DNA of 27,795 nt, taken from positions 1-27,795 of the forward strand of contig CAWBHS010000068.1 of assembly GCA_963788655.1 (NCBI GenBank), written 5' to 3'. Made by a program: the position numbers and the translations under genes. The stretch comes from an uncultured Verrucomicrobiae bacterium. GTDB taxonomy: Bacteria; Verrucomicrobiota; Verrucomicrobiia; Limisphaerales; JAFGQR01. Below the pieces are notes generated by a model. That model did not search any database, was not told the origin of the DNA, and saw only the letters and a program-made list of their open reading frames with translations. This document shows, piece by piece, positions 23,586-27,795 of the stretch (the stretch's first letter is position 1; each line of letters starts with the position of its first letter).

Positions 23586-23861
23586 ATGTCGCGGATTTGT
23601 GAATTAACTGGCAAGCGCCCGATCAAGGGCAGAAAAATTTGGCGGAGTGGCAAAGCCAAGAAACTGGGGGGCATCGGTACGCACATTACCGCCACAACCA
23701 AACGTCGGTTCTTTCCCAACCTGCAACGGGTCAAAGCCGTTGTTGATGGCGAGGTTCGCTACATCCGCGTTTCCGCCAAAGCCATCAAGAAAGGCTTGAT
23801 CGTCAAACCGCCCAAACGGACCTGGAAAAAGGGCGACGAAGCGGTGGCCGCCAAGAAATAG
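23586..23861 (+). CDS. rpmB: 50S ribosomal protein L28 (long form with the GKAKKxGGIG insert)
   Basis: MSRICELTGK...TKRRFFPNLQ. Confidence 0.95.
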   Translation: MSRICELTGKRPIKGRKIWRSGKAKKLGGIGTHITATTKRRFFPNLQRVKAVVDGEVRYIRVSAKAIKKGLIVKPPKRTWKKGDEAVAAKK

Positions 23862-23891
23862 CCCGACGCCAGATTTTTCCTGGATTTGCGC

Positions 23892-23922
23892 AAAAGCGAG
23901 GTTTCCCGGAAACCTCGCTTTT
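23892..23922 (+). terminator. Intrinsic terminator after rpmB
   Basis: AAAAGCGAGGTTTCC-C-GGAAACCTCGCTTTT perfect hairpin with A/T tails. Confidence 0.88.
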
Positions 23923-23988
23923 GTATTACCTGGCGCAGTGCCGGCCTGGGGGGTTTTGGAATGGCGCATCATTAGTCGCGCCAGCGTT

Positions 23989-24016
23989 TGGAGTGCGTCC
24001 GGCTTGCCGGCGCTTT
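23989..24016 (+). repeat. Single REP-like palindrome (GGAG type)
   Basis: TGGAGTGCGTCCGG-CTTG-CCGGCGCTTT. Confidence 0.5.
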
Positions 24017-24184
24017 CGCTCGTGGTGAGGCGCTCTGATTGTTGGCCGCGCTTGCTTCTTGGGATCACGCAACGCTTCGCGGCGATCGCCGCTACCAGCA
24101 GATCGAACAGGCTTGGCGATTGTGTATTTGGCGAAATGCGTTAGTTTTACTGGCTCAAACCAATTACGCCACGTCGCAAGAATT

Positions 24185-25865
24185 ATGAAGACGATCCATA
24201 TCTGGGGCGCCGTCGCCCTGGGACTGCTGAACATCCACTTCCCTGCCGCCGCCGCTGAATTGCAGAAGAAGGTCCTCATCATTGGCATCGACGGCACCAT
24301 GCCCTCGGCGCTCGCCGTGGCGCACACGCCCAATCTCGACGCCCTCAAATCAAACGGCTGCTTTTCTGACCGCGCGATCACTCATCCGGTAACGCATAGT
24401 GCCGCGTGCTGGTCCAGCATGTTCACCGGCGTATGGGGCGATAAACACGGCGTCAACGATCCGGGAAACAGTTTTTCGGGCAACCACTTCGCTGAATATC
24501 CGAATTTCTTGAAGCGGTTGGAAACGGCGAACCCAGCCCTGAATACGGTGGCTTACTTGCGGTGGGCCCCGCTGTCCACGGCACTCGACGGGGCCGACGT
24601 AGTGCAGGCCTATGGTTCGGATGCTGCGCTCGTCACGGCGACCACGAATCAGTTACTCACCGCCAATCCCGATGTGTTCTATACCATCCTGCTGGACGTG
24701 GACTCCGCCGGGCACAGCTATGGTTGGGGACCGACCGTGGCCAACTATGTGAAGGCCATTGAAGACGCCGACCAGCGCGTCGGGATCATCATCAATGCGC
24801 TGACGAATCGCCCCACGTATGCGAACGAGGACTGGCTGGTCATTTCGTTAAGCGATCATGGGGAGCACGACAGCACCCTTGAGCGCGCCCGGCTTACCTA
24901 CCACATTGTCAGTGGACCTTCGGCAGCGCGGGGCACGATCGATCCCGCGCCCAGCATTGTGGACGTGTGTGCGACTGTGCTAACACACCTCGGCGTGCCT
25001 ATCGATCCCGTGTGGAATCTGGACGCGCGCGTGGAAGGTTTGCCGCTGCCGCCCACGCGTTTTGGAACCAACCTCATCTTCAATCCGGATGCCGAAGTGA
25101 ATTCGGGCACCAATGGCTACACGCCGAATCGGGGCATTGCTTGGTGGTGGGACCCGGATGCCATCACCCTTGGAACTTACGGTGCGAATCCCGAGTTTCC
25201 TGAGGCCACCAGCTCCGGTCCAGCCAATCGTGGGCAGAACTTCTTTTTAGGCGGGACCGACAGCGCCTCGATATACCAAACGATTAACATCTCGGATCTC
25301 GGTGATGACGTGGACCAATCCGGGGTGGACTACGTATTGTCCGGCTGGTTTGGCGGCCAGAGCGATCAGGATGATGCCGCGCAACTCACGGCGCGCTTTT
25401 TGGACAGCGCGCGGGCGGGGTTGGGAACCAACTCGGTGGGCGGAGGTACTCGCGGCGGATCGTGGTGGTCTGACCGGTATGTTGGAACGGAGCGCCACGG
25501 GAACACTGCCCGTGGGCACGCGGTATGTAGAGTTTGAACTCGCCATAAACGAAGTAACGACCTCGAATGACGGCAGCGCTGATAATCTCTTTTTTAAGCT
25601 TTTGCCCAGGCTCGAACAACCCGTGCTGAGTTTGTCCCGCGAAGACAACGAGGCACTCTGGTTGGTGGCTTTCGACAGCCAGACGAACCGGCTTTACACC
25701 CTTGAACGTTCAACAGAATTACCTGGGTGGACCGTAGTTTCACCGGCCACGACCGGGACAGGGAACCGCTTGACATTGACCGACACCAATCGTGCGAACG
25801 GACAAGCCTTCTATCGCGTCAATTGCCAATCGGCGACACCACCGTCAATGCCAATGGAACCGTAG
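24185..25865 (+). CDS. Secreted alkaline-phosphatase superfamily (NPP/phosphodiesterase) protein with a C-terminal FYR-type domain; frameshift near 25445
   Basis: Signal peptide MKTIHIWGAVALGLL...AAAA; KVLIIGIDG, T.SAACWSSMFTG, DSAGHSYG and SDHG motifs; continues in ORF 25302-25865. Confidence 0.85.
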
Positions 25866-25877
25866 GACAGGCGTCCC

Positions 25878-26001
25878 CAAGATTGTCTCAAAACTGTAGC
25901 AGCGGACGTAAGTCCGCTCTGACTTTTCTTAAAAAACACGAGGAATAGTGAGCCAACTCACATCGACTGCTACGCCGGTTTTGGAGTTTTGAGGCTGTCT
26001 C
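25878..26001. mobile_element. MITE-like insert of ~124 bp within a GTAG REP hairpin
   Basis: Imperfect terminal inverted repeats AGATTGTCTCAAAACT and AGTTTTGAGGCTGTCT (13/16); TCCC duplicated at 25874-25877 and 26002-26005; removal restores GTAGGACAGGCG-TCC-CGCCTGTCC. Confidence 0.7.
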
Positions 26002-26114
26002 TCCCGCCTGTCCCGAATGTCATCGGACGTCCATCCTTGTCACCAATGCTTCAGCAAACCAGCAGTTCTTTGTGATTCGGGATAGCCGGGGTGACTGTCC
26101 CATGTTGTGCCTGA

Positions 26115-27795
26115 CTAATTTCCCGTCGTCGCGTGCATTTCGGGCGCCCGGGACGGCAGTAGTTCTTTCAGGTTGTAGTGCGTGTAGCGGGTGTGGCTGG
26201 CAACGTTCTTGGAATCAGCATTAGCTACCCAGAAATCCAACGTGTCCGGCGCGAACAGCACCGAGTGAATGTTCGAGTTCATCGCCACGGGACGTTTCAT
26301 CAAGTCGCGCGCCTTGTCGGCGTCGATGCGCCCATACTGCTCTTTGACTCGTTGGGCGAGGGTTTCGTAACGGCTTCCGGCGGACATCAGCACCACGTCT
26401 TTGATGGCATGCGGAACCGCGGATGGCTTTGGCCCGGTTGCACGACTTCAAACGTGTCCGGTGTGGCGGCGATGCCCACGGCCCGTTTCGATTTGGCATC
26501 GGAAATGACGTAGTAATATTCGCAGGTGCGCGGTCCGCGCCGCATGATCTCCACGGCTTCGTCGAGCGTGTTGGCGCGTTCCATGACTTCGCGCACCAGT
26601 TGCGCCATCGGTTTGCCGTCCCAATGCCCCTCGCCGCGACCGCCCATTTCGCCAATAGCCACGTGTTTCTCGTTCATGGCGGTCACCGAGCCAATAAAGC
26701 CTGCGTAACTGACATTGACCCACGCATTGCCCTGATCAGGCTGAATCACCATCACCACAGCGCTTTGTTCGAGGCCCACGCCGCGCAGATAATCCAGAAT
26801 GCGGCCGTGATACATGCGCGCGCCAACGGTCGCGTCGCCGAACAGCGCGAAGCCGCTGCAGTGAAACAGTTCAGGGAAAAAGTTCGCCAGCCGGATTTCC
26901 TCTCGCTCAAAACCCGAAGCCAGGGCGATGGCATCCATCTCCCGCAAGTAACGTGGTTCGATGAACGGCGCCAAACGGTTCTGGGCTTCCTCGATTTCGC
27001 CAAAGAACCAGCGGCCTTTCTCGAACGAACTGCCCACGCCCACGCCATACAAAATGCAATTGACCACCTTGCGAATTTGTTTCTTGAGCAGCTTGCCTTG
27101 CTGGGCACCCATTTCCTCGGCCGTACCTTTTAGAAAAAGCACCCGGGTGCCGTCAATCAACTCCAACCGCCCTTTGCCTTCGGTGGCCACGACGCGGCGT
27201 TCGCCGGTAGCGGGTCCCAGCGTGGGAATCTTCTGATCGAGCAGCGAGAGCGCCACCGGGAAAAATCGAGTCAAATGCGAAAGCGCGGTGGTTTCGATGT
27301 GGTCGTCTGCCTGTGAGGGAATGTCCAGGTATCGGCTGGCGCCGGTTGACGCAACTGGGCGTCGTGCAACTGGAGTTCCACGTCGAGCTTCTTGCCGTCG
27401 CGGTAACCGATGCGGAGCGGCAGGAAATCGCTTTGGCGAACCCACAATGTCAACTCGCCTCGGGGCAGTTTGAGCGCCTGGATCGCTTCGGGCTTGGGCG
27501 TCACCCGGAGCGCATAACAAAGCGTCGTTTCCACGTTTGTCCGGGTAGCCCTCGCACGTCCATGAGCAGTGGCAGGAGCGCGAGTTGTTCCGGCGGCAAG
27601 GGCAGTTTGAAGTCGGCCAGATGTGTAGCGTCTTTCTGGTTCGGCGCCGAGGCGAACCGCGCGACGCCGGGCTTGCCGATCAACCGCCTACTTTTTTCGC
27701 CGGCGTAGGGATCGAGATTTGTTGACCGTTGCGACCGGCGGAAAACTGTTTTCCATCGATGTCCGCACAGACGGCAAGTTGATCAGGCGCCTGGC
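26115..27795 (-). CDS. C45-family autoproteolytic peptidase/acyltransferase with an N-terminal extension; frameshifted, 5' end probably outside the window
   Basis: LKGTAEEMGAQQG, ELFH|CSGFA (Cys nucleophile), HGRILDY, GSVTAMNEK and SNIHSVLFAP motifs; upstream pieces lie in ORFs 27271-27534 and 27501-27683. Confidence 0.8.

Overview
GC-rich bacterial DNA, most likely Verrucomicrobiota (Pedosphaera-like) by inference from the long-form L28 and the secreted-protein architectures. Many genes carry single-base frameshifts, including housekeeping rmlC, which suggests an unpolished long-read assembly. From left to right: (1) the tail of an exopolysaccharide cluster (two GT4 glycosyltransferases and a WcaF-like acetyltransferase), interleaved with two PIN-type toxin-antitoxin pairs that have their own promoters and are bounded by 7/8-mer tandem-repeat arrays, which also occur inside the GT coding sequences; (2) a ~2 kb group II intron with an intact RT/maturase, a non-canonical 5' end, an insertion site in a dispersed host repeat, and flanks that do not belong together; (3) a ~9 kb minus-strand block encoding a ~1860 aa secreted protein (conserved-looking N-terminal scaffold, D-rich repeats, LamG, PL7 alginate-lyase domain) with a (CT)15 tract in its signal peptide, a beta-propeller repeat protein, and a truncated second copy of the same two-gene unit; (4) a 5'-truncated [NiFe]-hydrogenase large subunit and its maturation protease; (5) rmlACDB, a flavin reductase, an RlmI-like methyltransferase, riboflavin synthase, rpmB, a secreted alkaline-phosphatase-family protein and a C45 peptidase. 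Several intergenic regions contain nested REP/MITE/heptamer palindromes.
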